A DNA stretch of 63,715 nucleotides, counting the filler, from Vezdaea acicularis (Eukaryota), in the NCBI GenBank assembly GCA_026025075.1. It is 3 parts of 3 records of this genome, joined end to end, with 100 filler letters (N's around TTAATTAATTAA, not from the genome) between each part and the next. Parts side by side here need not be neighbours in the genome. Positions count along the whole stretch, not along the records: positions 1 to 23,941 come from JAPEUI010000184.1; positions 24,042 to 47,436 come from JAPEUI010000185.1; 1 more part is not named here. The stretch is one strand, 5' to 3'. The position numbers were made by a program, and so were the translations under genes. The notes beneath the pieces are model-generated. The model was not told the DNA's origin and ran no database searches. It was given only the letters and a program-made list of their open reading frames with translations. Below, in pieces: positions 13,056 through 24,560 of this stretch; positions within the stretch are counted from its first letter, which is position 1; every line of letters starts with the position of its first letter.

Positions 13056-13092
13056 TCAACACATCCCTTTCCCGAACTCGCCCCGTGACCTA

Positions 13093-15039
13093 ATGCTGTC
13101 CAATCCAAATTCCGGCCTTCAACAACGACAACGACAACATCGACGACAAAACTCGACACCAGCGGCATTCGACGCCCCGAAGGTTCCCATCCTACCAGCA
13201 AAGATCCAAAGACAATCCTCACATCGACGAGGTCAGAGTCTAGATCAGCGAAATATTCGACAACGACAACTACGCCCCCAGGATGACGAAACGGTAAGTA
13301 CTACTAACAACGGATTACAACTAAACCAACAGCATATTTTACGAGAAACGCAGCAGCAGCGACTGGCTCGACCGGGCCAACAGCAGAGACAATACCTTGT
13401 TTCCCAAGGTCAACAAGATTTCAGTCAATACCAAGGAGCTGTCGTGGGATCCTGCCCCGACTCCTTTTCCCGCCCGAACAGCCAGGGCGAGAATCTTTTT
13501 CAGAACGGGCACCATGACGTTCAAAGGTTCAACAACCTCTCAGGAGGCAGGGTTGTCGTACCAAATCCAGCAATGGGAGACTTTCAGAACCTGAGTTCTA
13601 TGACAGAAAATGGTTACCTCGATAACCTCGACCTCGACCTCGATCTCGTGGTGGATGAGAATGGAAGGGACTTCCGAAACTTGATGAGTACGCCTTCTGT
13701 AATAAGAGAAAGATCAGCTGGTACGGCACAAGCGTATGCAGCTCATAGAAGACAGAACTCTTCACAAGAGGATCCAAGAACACCGCCAAATCAAATACGC
13801 CAAGGTAAGCGATATAATGCTATCATAATAGACTATGCTTACCAAAGTTTAGACACCTATCCGATCACTCCAGCGACGACGCCTTACAATCGGGTTCCAC
13901 AAACAGAGCCTGGGCCAAAGTGGTCTGTTGAATATTCATTTCTCGATGGAGAAGAGACTGTCAAACCCACCCGCTCGCAAAAGGGAATGTCATGTAGAGA
14001 TATCTTCCAGCAGGGCACTTTCACCCAGGAAGGTTCTATCCCATCACCCCCTGAGTCTACGAGACTGCCGCTTTCGCATAACTTCGATGTGGCCCCCATG
14101 CAAAGCCCTGGCTTCATGAACATGGCCTCTCTGCAAATGGAGTTTTCCGGGAGTGAGACGGGTTACGATTCCTCTTACTACTCCCCTATGTCATCCGCGC
14201 TCTCCCCCTCTCAGGGGTCATTCCAATCGTCGCCCGAGCTGGCCAACATGCCTCTCTTTGACGAGGCGGGCGAGCCCATTGGGGACTTTCCGATAATGAA
14301 CATATATTCGACTTTGCCTTCATCCCCGCCAGACCTTGATTCGGTACAAGGCAAATCCCCACAAAAGGCTGATCCCGCAGCTGGTGCGACAATAATCGAA
14401 GATCTCGGCCTAGACGCGACAATCGAAGACACGGGGGTGACAGTGGACGATATTGCTACCTTCATCAACGGCCCGGGCGAAGATGGGAAGTATACATGCT
14501 TATTTCTTGATTGCGGCAAGCGGTTTGGTCGGAAAGAGAACATCAAGTCTCATGTGCAGACACACCTCGGCGATCGACAGTTCCGATGCAATCATTGCAA
14601 GAAATGCTTCGTCCGACAGCACGATCTGAAGCGGCATGCCAAGATCCACAGTGGTGTCAAGCCTTACCCATGTCAGTGTGGGAACAGCTTCGCTCGACAT
14701 GATGCATTGACGCGGCACCGCCAGCGAGGGATGTGCGTTGGTGCCTTTGAGGGCGTCGTGAAGAAGATTGTCAAACGGGGACGACCCAGGAAGCATAGAC
14801 CGGATGGTGGGGAACGGCGAGACAAGGCGTCACGTACGCGGAAAAGGGTCCAAGACATGTCCTCGGGCTCATCGACGTCGGGAGACTCCCAGGGGTACCT
14901 AAGCCAGAGCCCACACATGCCATTCGCCCACGCTAGCTCGCCAGAATCCAGCACATTCGACCACCTCTCGCCCATGATTGAGCAATGCTCACCAGTACTG
15001 TGGGAATTTTTAGATTGGGGATGCGAGGAAGCAGGATGA
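13093..15039 (+). CDS. ACE2: Ace2/Swi5-like C2H2 zinc-finger transcription factor; intron 13805-13852; C-terminus uncertain
   Basis: N-terminus MLSNP...HRRQNSTP; three HRRxxS NDR/Cbk1-type sites; fingers CLFLDCGKRFGRKENIKSHVQTH, CNHCKKCFVRQHDLKRHAKIH and CQCGNSFARHDALTRH; KRGRPRK. Confidence 0.85.
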   Translation: MLSNPNSGLQQRQRQHRRQNSTPAAFDAPKVPILPAKIQRQSSHRRGQSLDQRNIRQRQLRPQDDETVSTTNNGLQLNQQHILRETQQQRLARPGQQQRQYLVSQGQQDFSQYQGAVVGSCPDSFSRPNSQGENLFQNGHHDVQRFNNLSGGRVVVPNPAMGDFQNLSSMTENGYLDNLDLDLDLVVDENGRDFRNLMSTPSVIRERSAGTAQAYAAHRRQNSSQEDPRTPPNQIRQGKRYNAIIIDYAYQSLDTYPITPATTPYNRVPQTEPGPKWSVEYSFLDGEETVKPTRSQKGMSCRDIFQQGTFTQEGSIPSPPESTRLPLSHNFDVAPMQSPGFMNMASLQMEFSGSETGYDSSYYSPMSSALSPSQGSFQSSPELANMPLFDEAGEPIGDFPIMNIYSTLPSSPPDLDSVQGKSPQKADPAAGATIIEDLGLDATIEDTGVTVDDIATFINGPGEDGKYTCLFLDCGKRFGRKENIKSHVQTHLGDRQFRCNHCKKCFVRQHDLKRHAKIHSGVKPYPCQCGNSFARHDALTRHRQRGMCVGAFEGVVKKIVKRGRPRKHRPDGGERRDKASRTRKRVQDMSSGSSTSGDSQGYLSQSPHMPFAHASSPESSTFDHLSPMIEQCSPVLWEFLDWGCEEAG

Positions 15040-16289
15040 AGCGAAGGGCGTTGATCCGGGGACGGAGATTTGGACGAGGGATGTTCCGCTGGTGGGCGAC
15101 GGATGCGATTCGCTGGTGGGGTGGGGAGGAGGGCGGAGCTGGGAGGGAGACGGGAAGAGGCGGCGCCAAGGGCCTCGGCGGAGGAATGCCAAGGCCGGCG
15201 CTCGGGCGACGGCGGCGTCACAACTTTGTGCTGGTGCCTTCTTTCTCGTGCACGACTTGTGCACGACCACGGCGGAAAGCGGGAATGTGCATGGCCGCGC
15301 CGTCCACTTTGCCGTGGCATCTCTCATGGATTTTCATGGGCGTCATGGGCTTCGTTGCTTGGGATGAGGATGCGAAATACCGTGTACCACGTAGTAATGA
15401 CTTCTCTGCCTTGATGCATCCACTCAGTGGTAAAGGCCCGTGGAGGCCCTTGGAGCCCCCCGGGTCAGTCAGATGCTGGACCAGCTGTTTCGAACTCGCA
15501 AGGTTGCGACGTTCAGCGAAAGCGTCGTGGACTTTTGACGCGGCTGGATCCTGCTGCCGTGCCCTTGCCCTTCACCGCCCGCCCCCCGTCGCCATTGGTC
15601 CCGCTCCCTCGCGGACGAATGCTTCCGTTCGTGTCCTCGCTCCACGGCCGCCTTCATCATGACCACTGACCATCCGCCCGCTCCCATCCGGATCCCGGAT
15701 TATTCAGCTGACCGCGACGACGATTCTGCTGCCCCGGCCCTCACGATACCTTCGCTGCATCACTTCCCCATTCCTTCCCACTCGCGCCCTCTTCTCTCGA
15801 AAGATTGAACCTTTGCGACTCTTGACGTCGATCTTACGAAACGGCGTTCGGCCCCGGTCAAGCGTTGCTGCGAGTGACGGGCACAGCTTTCGGGGGCGGC
15901 GAAACCGCCAAAAAAATCCGTGTCGCTTGGTCGTTTGCGCAACGCCCGGCCGCCGTCGTGTGCTCATCTCTCGCTCCATACCGCCATCACCGCCGTCACT
16001 GCCCCTTCCGTGACCTTCCCTCTCCCAACCTTCACCACCTATCTCTCCGACCTCACTCTTCTCTCTGCATCCGCTTCGCATTCTACACCTCCTATACACC
16101 CTCGATAATCGACCTGCTCGACCATTGTCCTACCAACGCCCTCCTAACCCTCGCCTAGCCATTTGCCCCTAGCTATCTCGACCTCATTTCGCAGTCCCGC
16201 CGCCAAACTGCGTTGTCCGCGAAGAGCACGAAGAAGAGCACGAAGAAGAGCGCTGGTCGAGAGGCTGGGCGGTGGCTGGTGGATTCTGC

Positions 16290-17812
16290 ATGACCATGAA
16301 AAAGTCCACATTTTTCCGGTCCGGCGGCGACGCCATTCACGGTACCTTCTCACAGGCGAAGATCCCATTGTCGTGGCTGTCGATACCGACCGTCATACCT
16401 CACCGCTTAAGACGGAAGATCCGCTCTCGATTACGGAACAGGACATCGCCCGCATCTTCACTCTCGTCTCTCAATTGGTCCTTTTCGCCCAAAGACACGA
16501 TACGGGCGTTGCGGGCTCATCGGTGGTCCTATTATGATGGGCAATACCTGCTCCTGGCGGTGGTCTTCGTTTTCTCGCTCTCCCTGATGGAACACCCTGG
16601 GCCTTTGTTGAAGACGCTCGGGGCTGCGGCTCTCATGACCGCTCTTGTAATCCCCATTACCCGACAATTCTTTCTGCCTGCGCTGCCAATCCTGGCGTGG
16701 GTGATCCTATTCTTCTCTTGCCGGTCAGTGGCTCCTCCTTCCTCAAGCCTCTGCACCTAATTCTATGGCTTCACAGTAAAAGCACTGTACTGTTTCCAAA
16801 GTGATGCAGCAGTCACTATCCCTGATCTTTCGGCTAATGTAAGTGCAGTTTCATTCCGGGAGAGTACCGTCCGCCCATCTGGGTCCGCATTCTCCCTGCA
16901 CTCGAGAATGTGTTCTACGGGGCGAATTTGAGCAACATTCTTTCGGCCCACAAGCATGTTGTGCTTGATGTGCTTGCATGGCTTCCATACGGCATCATAC
17001 ACTTTGGGGCACCATTCGTGTGCTCTGCCATCATGTTTGTATTTGCCCCTCCAAAGACCTTGCCTGTCTTTGGCCGGAGCTTTGGATATATGAACCTTGC
17101 CGGGGTTATAATCCAATTGACTTTCCCATGCTCTCCCCCGTGGTATGAGAATAAGTTTGGACTCGCGCCCGCCAATTACTCCATGGATGGCTCGCCTGCT
17201 GGTCTTGCACGGATCGATCAACTTTTTGGGTTTGATATGTATACAACAAACTTCACGGCCTCTCCGCTGGTCTTTGGGGCGTTTCCGTCTCTGCACGCTG
17301 GTTGTGCGACCATCGCCGCGCTCTTCATGAGTCATTGCTTCCCGAAGCTCAGACCGCTTTTCATCGCATATTGCATGTGGATCTGGTGGGCTACCATGTA
17401 CCTCTCACATCATTACGCAGTTGATTTGATTGGGGGAAGTCTCCGTAAGTTTGATGATCTTTACCACTATACGTGTTTTAGCTGACGGAAGCTAGTTGCT
17501 GGAATCTTCTTCTACGTGGCCAAGTCAAACTGGCTTCCCCGTATCCAGCCGGATAAGGAGTTCAGATGGGACTACGATTACATCGAGATTGGTGACGCAC
17601 CTGCAGGATACGCATATGGGTTGGCAGACATCGATATGGACTTCCATCATGGGACATCATTCGGTGACGAGTGGACCGTTGGGTCTTCATCTTCGATATC
17701 CTCCGGCTCAATCAGCCCGGTGGATGAGAATAACTCAATCTGGGACGAGGAAACATTGGCTTCTCAAGCCTCACATTCAGACAATGAAAGCGCAAAGAGT
17801 ATAGGACGATAA
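16290..17812 (+). CDS. AUR1: Inositol phosphorylceramide synthase (aureobasidin A resistance protein), 2 introns
   Basis: RPPIWVRILPALENVFYGANLSNILS; LAWLPYGIIHFGAP; PPWYE; FGAFPSLHAG; MYLSHHYAVDL. Confidence 0.95.
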
Positions 17813-19499
17813 ATGCTAGGTCTTGACGGTATGAGATTTATCGCCCAACAATCCTCCTGAAATCGCCACCTTCCCGAAAAATCATCCGACTTTTTGAGCA
17901 ACGGCCCCTCTTTTTACGAATTATGGCAGAACGCATCGGAGTTCCCATTTTATCACTCAAGCGACCCTAATACATGAGCCCCAGGCTTGACTAATCTAAC
18001 TTCCAGTACCTTTGACAATAATAACCGGGGATCCATAGGTATCTACCTTCGATGACCCCTTCCGTCAAAAGATGGAAGCATTGTACATACAAAATTCTAA
18101 TTCGACTGCACTTTTTCCTTCTACGGTCCGCCTTGGATACGGGAATGGCAGGAGCATAATACTTTGAGTGGCCTAACTTCTCTTTGGCCTTGTGGGAGCC
18201 ACATCACGGTTCTGAGCGGCATTGCTTCCGGACTTAGGATACCCGTCATTCGCTTTGCAGACATCGACATCTGTACATTACACTCGCTTCATGGATCTAG
18301 GACAGGGGCCTCCCTAGAGCAGTGCACGGAAAGAGCGTGGCTTCGGCATACTTGCATTCGTTTAGACGGCGGCTTGAGCATGGCATTGGTCTTCATAGAC
18401 AGGCGTTTTTGTTTTCCTCCCATCGCTGATGGCTTGGTTGGTCCGGCGCGGGATGTGCGCGCCGGGGCCCGTGCAGTTGTAATTGCTGGATTAGGAGAAG
18501 TTTCGGGTCGGTGGAGAGGAAGGGATGGGTGGGATGAGATCATGGAGCATGGGAAAGCTCTCCGAATGACCGAGTGAGGAGCGGACCCAGCGGCCCGCTC
18601 TCATCCGAGTTGGTGCATCGGTGCGTTCATGCGTTGGTGCGCTGGGTGCCCTCAGTGGGAGACCAAGCGCAATTAATAACAATCGAAAGACCCAGAATCT
18701 TGATCACCGAGCCTTGATCATCCGCTGTGCTACGCAATTGACCAATACGGGCTTCGTTCTTCTCATTTCACCTGCACGACACCTTTGATATCTTTGACGA
18801 TCGTTTCACTCCACGGTTGGTATCACATGCCAATCTAGCGGATCCGACCCAACCGAAATTGTGAGCGTGGATGGAGCACATGACGCCCAGCGCACCGTGA
18901 AGTCGCTGCTTTCGCTCGGGATGTCGATGACTGATCTGCTGCTTGCTGCTCTATAGCTCCAACCGGCGGAAGACGGGGCGGCGCGCAGGCACGAAGCGAA
19001 TGTCGACGCTGCCTAAAGCGGACGGGATAATCGGTTCGAGACCGGCAGACTCGCACGCTCAATCGGTCAACAGCTGGCTGACCCTACAAGCCCCACCCAA
19101 CCTTTACTCTCGTTGCAAGAGCTGTGAGGGATCTTGCTCTATCGCTATCTACAGTCGTGGGCTTCGGCTTCCTTCGAGTCGCCATCGTCGTCGTCTCCCT
19201 TGTGGCGGTGCGGACCACCGACGCGAGCTAAACACCAATCTCCCCAGCCTCATTCACGTCATCTGCCCACGAGATCGCCAACCCTCATTAAACGCACAAC
19301 ACCGCTCACCCTACGGCCTAAGCTTACCCCGACTCGCAACGGAACTAAACCAGCGCCTGTCGCGAATACCACGCACGTCACTATCGTTGAAGCATTGATC
19401 TTTGTATACATATCGTCGCGACTGAAAGGTTCCGGGAAATCGTTTTGGCTTGTTTGCACAGTGAGCTTTCCGTGATTGTCACTCGGCCGACACGGCGAG

Positions 19500-22396
19500 A
19501 TGGCGACGAGCCGACCACAAACACCAGCGCATGACAGCTATGGCGCTGGTGCATACGGCGACACGCTCTCATCCGCAACGCCAGGAAACCCTCCCGAAAC
19601 ATCTCTATTGTCACAGTCAGCCCAGCAACCCACCCGGGACCCACGCTTCCAGGAGGACTTTGATACAAGCAGGCGAGGCTCGTCGATTCTCGACGCGGGA
19701 TTGGGCGGAACGGGCGGAATGCTTCGTCGTGCGGATTCTACGGCTTCCATATCGGGGCAACAGCTACAGCCAGCTATACCGCCATCGAGAGGTGGGACGC
19801 TGAAGAAAAAAGCAGCGCTGAGCAGGAATGCGAGTCTGAAGCGGAGTAACAGCAGGAGAAGCAGTCATGCGGGGAGCGTGAGGAGTCTTGCATTGGGGGA
19901 GAGGGAGAAGTATGATGGGACGGATGAGCTGAACAATGCGTTCTTCACGCCCGTGCCGACGCAGGGGAATCCGACGGAGATACTTATTGATCGCTTTCAA
20001 GGTAAGGAAGCTTCACCCTATTTCTCAATGTTGTTGAAAAAACATTGAAAGACGCAAATGACTGATTGATGGGTGCTAGCTTGGAGGAAGGTACTCAAGG
20101 ACCTCGTTGCCTACTTTAGAGAGATCCAGAATTCCTACGAACAGCGTTCGAAGTCCGTGTTGAAGGTCTCTAACATCATGGGCAACATGCATCTTCCCTC
20201 GCTCTTCTTATCAGAGGGAGGCATAGGCGATGCGAACAACATACTACGTAGCTACCATAAACAAGCTATCACCGACAGTAACAAAGCCAAGGAACTTGAA
20301 AACAACGTTATACTGCAACTGACAGGCCTACGGAGCGATCTTCAACAGAAGATAAAAGAGATCAAGAGCCTCTCGGGTGACTTTAAGAACTCCGTAGACA
20401 AGGAAATGGAAGCAACGAAGAAAGCCGTACATGGTCTGCAGGAGGCTCTTGGTGTGATCAACACCGACCCGAGTGCGATTGCGGGTAAAGGAGACCCGTT
20501 CATTGTCAAGCTGGCTGTCGAACGACAGATCGAGAGGCAGATTGACGAGGAGAACTACCTACATCGGGTTTGTCAACTTTGACGCATGGAGGATTAATCT
20601 AACGGCGTTATAGGCACACCTAAACCTCGAGAGTTCTGGCCGAGAACTTGAGTCGATTGTTGTCGGAGAAATCCAGAAGGCATACAATGTCTACGCAGGT
20701 CTCTTGAAGAAGGATGCAGACGAAGCTTACGACACCGTCGAAAAGCTTCGGTCAGGTCCCGTTGCATTGCCTAAGGACCACGAATGGCAAGCATTTGTCA
20801 CGAACGACAACCACTTTATCAATCCCCAGCTTCCTCTCCGACATGCAGAAGATATCCACTACCCGGGCCGTGACGATGCAGCAGCAGCGGAGGTTAGATC
20901 TGGCATGCTCGAGCGGAAGAGCAAGTACTTGAAGAGCTACACAGCTGGATGGTCAGTGTTTCCGCGTTCCTTCACCCCCTATCGATTTTCGGCTGACACC
21001 ATATAGGTACGTCCTATCCCCAACTCACCTCCACGAGTTCAAATCCGCCGACCGAATCAACGCTCAACCACCCGTCATGTCCCTCCTCCTCCCCGACCAG
21101 AAACTGGGCTCCCACGCCCAACCTGGCTCGTCCTCGCATAAGTTCATCCTCAAAGGCCGCCAAACGGGCAGTATGCATCGTGGGCACAGCTGGGTCTTCC
21201 GCGCCGAAAGCCACGATACGATGCTAGCATGGTACGAAGACATCAAAGCCCTGACCGAAAAGTCCGGCGCCGAGCGCGACACCTACGTGCGCAAGCACGC
21301 TCGCTCCATTTCGCAGACGTCCCAGAAAGCAGGCAGCATCAGCTCGGACGGCGGCATGGACGAGGACGAAGCCGACTCAATCCCCTATTCGGGCGCTGGG
21401 GGCGTCATACCACCGACGAACCAGTATAATAACAACATTCAACAGAATACAACGGCGCTAGCGATGCAGCAGCAGAAGCCAAAGCGCCCCTCTCCAGGTG
21501 GGCGATTTCCGTCAGATATCCAACTTGAAACACTTAGAGATGGAGGCTTACTCGCAAACGCGACCATTAGCGACAGCGGAAGTGATCCCGACCGTGACCG
21601 TGACGTCGTAGCCGCCGCGGCAGGCTTGCCGGGCACCTCGGGGCCCCTTGCGTTCGGTGGGGATGAGGGGAGGAGTCCACACCCCTTCGACCCTAAGGGC
21701 AATACAGCTTCAAGCCAAGTGAGGTACAGACACGGAGAAAGCGCCCTAGCTGCTGCTAGCACCGACGGCGGCGAGTACGAGGGCATCTATACGCCCGTCG
21801 CTGAGCGCGACTACGCCCAACGAAACGCGCTGCCCAGCCCACCAGAGATCGAGCGCCATGACAGCAAATACGGCGATTGGATGTCCCCACGCGCGCCCCA
21901 TGCATCCGCAGCCAGCGGCGGCGCCGACGCCACTACCACCACAGCTGCAGCGACAGCGGCAGCATACGAGCATCAGTCGCGCAAAGCCGGAACACAGCAA
22001 GAACAGGTCCCTGTCATCGACACGGCGGCCGAGACCGCAGCCGCGCGCCAGCGCGGCCATACGCAGAGTTCCACCTCCTCCCGCCCGTTCGAGGGCATGG
22101 GCGGCGCCGCCCCGAGCCAGGTCGGCAGCGTCAGTACCATGCCCTCCACCGTCGCCGAGGGAGTCGTGGGGCAAGAAGATGGGGAGCTAGGCGGGACTGG
22201 CGGAGTGGGCAAGCTGGATGGGGAGGTAGGTGGAAAGGGCGAGGGCGCGGCGTTTGTGTCTACGGCCCCTGAGGCGTCGACGGTATTGTCCGCTGAGCCC
22301 GATAGGCGTGCGGATAGTATGCTCAGCTCGGCGTCGAGCCGTCTAAGCCATCTGCATATCCCCGGCGAGTTTCCTCCTACCCCGCCTGCACGCTAA
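19500..22396 (+). CDS. SLM1: Slm1/Slm2-like BAR-PH domain PI(4,5)P2/TORC2 effector, 3 introns
   Basis: PVPTQGNPTEILIDRFQ|AWRKVLKDL; PH domain GMLERKSKYLKSY..WYVLSPTHLHEFKS; HSWVFRAESHDTMLAWYEDI. Confidence 0.88.
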
Positions 22397-23051
22397 AGGC
22401 GGGATCTGTGGGATTTGCTTGCGTTTTTGGGCTTGCGGGGTTTGTGTAGCTGCGGGTATGGGTGGGAATGGGGAAAGTGTATATAGCAGCTAAGACCTCG
22501 TTGCTTCCAGCTCGAAGCGCGTCCTATCCGCTTTTCTCTCTGCTTCGAGTGAGTATTCGTGCGTCTGAGGGCTTCGCCTGGCTCCAGCGTAACTTGGGAT
22601 TGGTGAGGTTTCTTGATCAAGCTGTAAGCTTTTTGGATGTGCTGGAGAAGGTGCTGTTGAGAATGTGGGCGAGGAAGGAGGGGCGGGCTTGTTGGGCTTG
22701 GGGTTGGATATGTCACGGGCCAGCTCTTCGATGGCGGTGCTTTAAGTGTTATTTTTACGGGGAACTCAAATTATCGACAAGAAAAATTGGAACGAAACAA
22801 TACCCAAAAATTGAATCTGAGTCCATAGTGAGATATATATTTTGTCCCCTCTGAGCATGTGGGACAGGAAGTAACATTCGTATTATGCGAGGGAAGCTCC
22901 CGTAGTTTCACCTCCCACCTCTACGCCCGATTCATCATCATCAGAACCTAAGAGATTACATGAAGCTTTCATTGCCTTCATGAACTACACTCCTGCCACA
23001 GACTTCATGTGAAGCGTTTTCTAACCTCACCGTGTGAGGTATCACCCCAGC

Positions 23052-23941
23052 ATGCTATTTAGCCTAGGCCGAGCGGTTCTGCCCGCCTGGTTCACTCTCG
23101 GTTGTCTTCTCCAGCGCGGCTCCTGTGACTCCCAAGATGTTCTTCAAGTCGCCACCAAACGAGTCGCCGTAATTGGTAATTCTCTCTCTCTGCACTCCCG
23201 CTCGCTTCTGCGGTAGAGAACTTATTTGCTTGCAGGTGCGGGCGCCGGCGGCTCGTCCGCGGCGTATTACTTGAAGCAAAAAGCGGACGAAAGCGGGTTC
23301 GCGGTTGATATCACGATTTTTGAGCGGAACCCGTATGTGGGGGGACGCTCCACGACCGTCGACGTCTTCGGCAACCCGGCGTATCCGATTGAGCTCGGCG
23401 CCTCGATTTTCGTGGAGGTGAATCGTAACCTCGTCGCCGCTGCAAAGGCCTTTGGGCTCGAAACGGAATCGGCGACTAGAGCCCAGGTTTCTGCGTTGCA
23501 GTTGGGCGTGTGGAACGGTGAAGAGTTTGTCGTGGTGCAGAAGTATGGCTCCGGCTGGTGGGACGTCGTGAAGCTGTTCTGGCGGTATGGGCTGGCGCCG
23601 CTGAGGGTGCAGAGTGCCATGAAGAGCACGGTGCAGAAGTTCTTGCGGATGTATGAGGCGCCGCATTTTCCGTTCCGGTCGTTGACGCGCGTGGCTCAGG
23701 ACGTCGAGCTCATCGAGACGACCACGGGCTTCACGGGACGGCAGTTCCTCGAAACGATCGATGCCGCGGGCAAATTCGCCGAGGATATTGTTCAAGCCAG
23801 CACTCGGGTCAACTATGGGCAAAATCTGGAGCTTATCCATGGGCTTGAAACGATGGTGTGCATGGCTACGGACGGTGCGGTGGCTGTTGTGGGTGGGAAC
23901 TGGCAGATATTCGAGGGGATGATAAATGCTTCTGGAGCACG
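23052..23941 (+). CDS. Prenylcysteine oxidase/lyase, 3'-truncated at the spacer
   Basis: Signal-like N-terminus; FAD motif VAVIG|AGAGGSSAAY; VGGRSTT; ELGASIFV; QASTRVNYGQN; GGNWQIFEGM. Confidence 0.9.
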
Positions 23942-24041
23942 NNNNNNNNNNNNNNNNNNNNNNNNNNNNNNNNNNNNNNNNNNNNTTAATTAATTAANNN
24001 NNNNNNNNNNNNNNNNNNNNNNNNNNNNNNNNNNNNNNNNN
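23942..24041. other. Artificial contig spacer N44-TTAATTAATTAA-N44
   Basis: Exactly 100 nt; the 12-mer puts stops in all six frames; genes are truncated on both sides. Confidence 0.95.
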
Positions 24042-24560
24042 ACCTTTAGGGTAAAACGGTTCGTCGAAGCCGTGGCGGCCGCCGCCAGAAACGGCTTTGA
24101 GCAAGGTGGCACGGTTCTTGCAAAAGGCGCCGGCGCGGTCGCCGTCGGAGAGGGTACCGGGCGGTGGTATGTACACGTTTGTGGAGGCGAGACCGCAATC
24201 CTGATGGCCCTCAAAACGGGTAAAGTAGCTGTAGAGCCTGGTCAGTCGGGGTTTAAAGCAGCTGACGAGTGCAATGGCAACGCCTCACTCAGAAACGGCG
24301 TCCTTGCCATGGGGGATCCTGTCCGGTTGATCCGAGGAGCGTCGGGCATATTGGCCGAGCATGTAGAGCCCACGCAGAAAAATTATAACTGCTAGGGAGC
24401 CGAAGATGGCGAGGATGCAGCGTAGGACATAGATCCTCATACGGCGGCCTTTGACGAATAGAGTTTGTCTTGGAGACTCGGGAGAAATGACCTCTCGCAT
24501 CCGGCTTGGGACTCGGGGTGAGCCTGTGGCCCAGCGGTTCCATGGTTCTTTGCGGTCCAT
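24042..24560 (-). CDS. Type II membrane hypothetical protein, 3'-truncated at the spacer; intron ~24288-24238
   Basis: MDRKEP... with TM segment IYVLRCILAIFGSLAVIIFL. GTGAGG...CTGACCAG intron joins to YSYFTRFEGHQDCG...FCKNRATLLKAVSGGGRHGFDEPFYPKG. Confidence 0.65.

Noticed and set aside
16221..16252. 12-bp tandem repeat GAAGAGCACGAA (also short repeats at ~28450-28492 and ~42024-42052) as CRISPR-like arrays
   Set aside because: Only 2-4 contiguous units, no spacers and a eukaryotic context; these are ordinary slippage repeats.
16723..16848. [D1,2] stwintron in AUR1
   Set aside because: The rebuilt donor would be a weak GTAAAA and would shift the frame; a single intron already restores FSCRFIP.
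23986..23997. TTAATTAATTAA as a biological palindrome or piggyBac-type TTAA site
   Set aside because: Flanked symmetrically by N44 and repeated identically at 47481, so it is a synthetic spacer.
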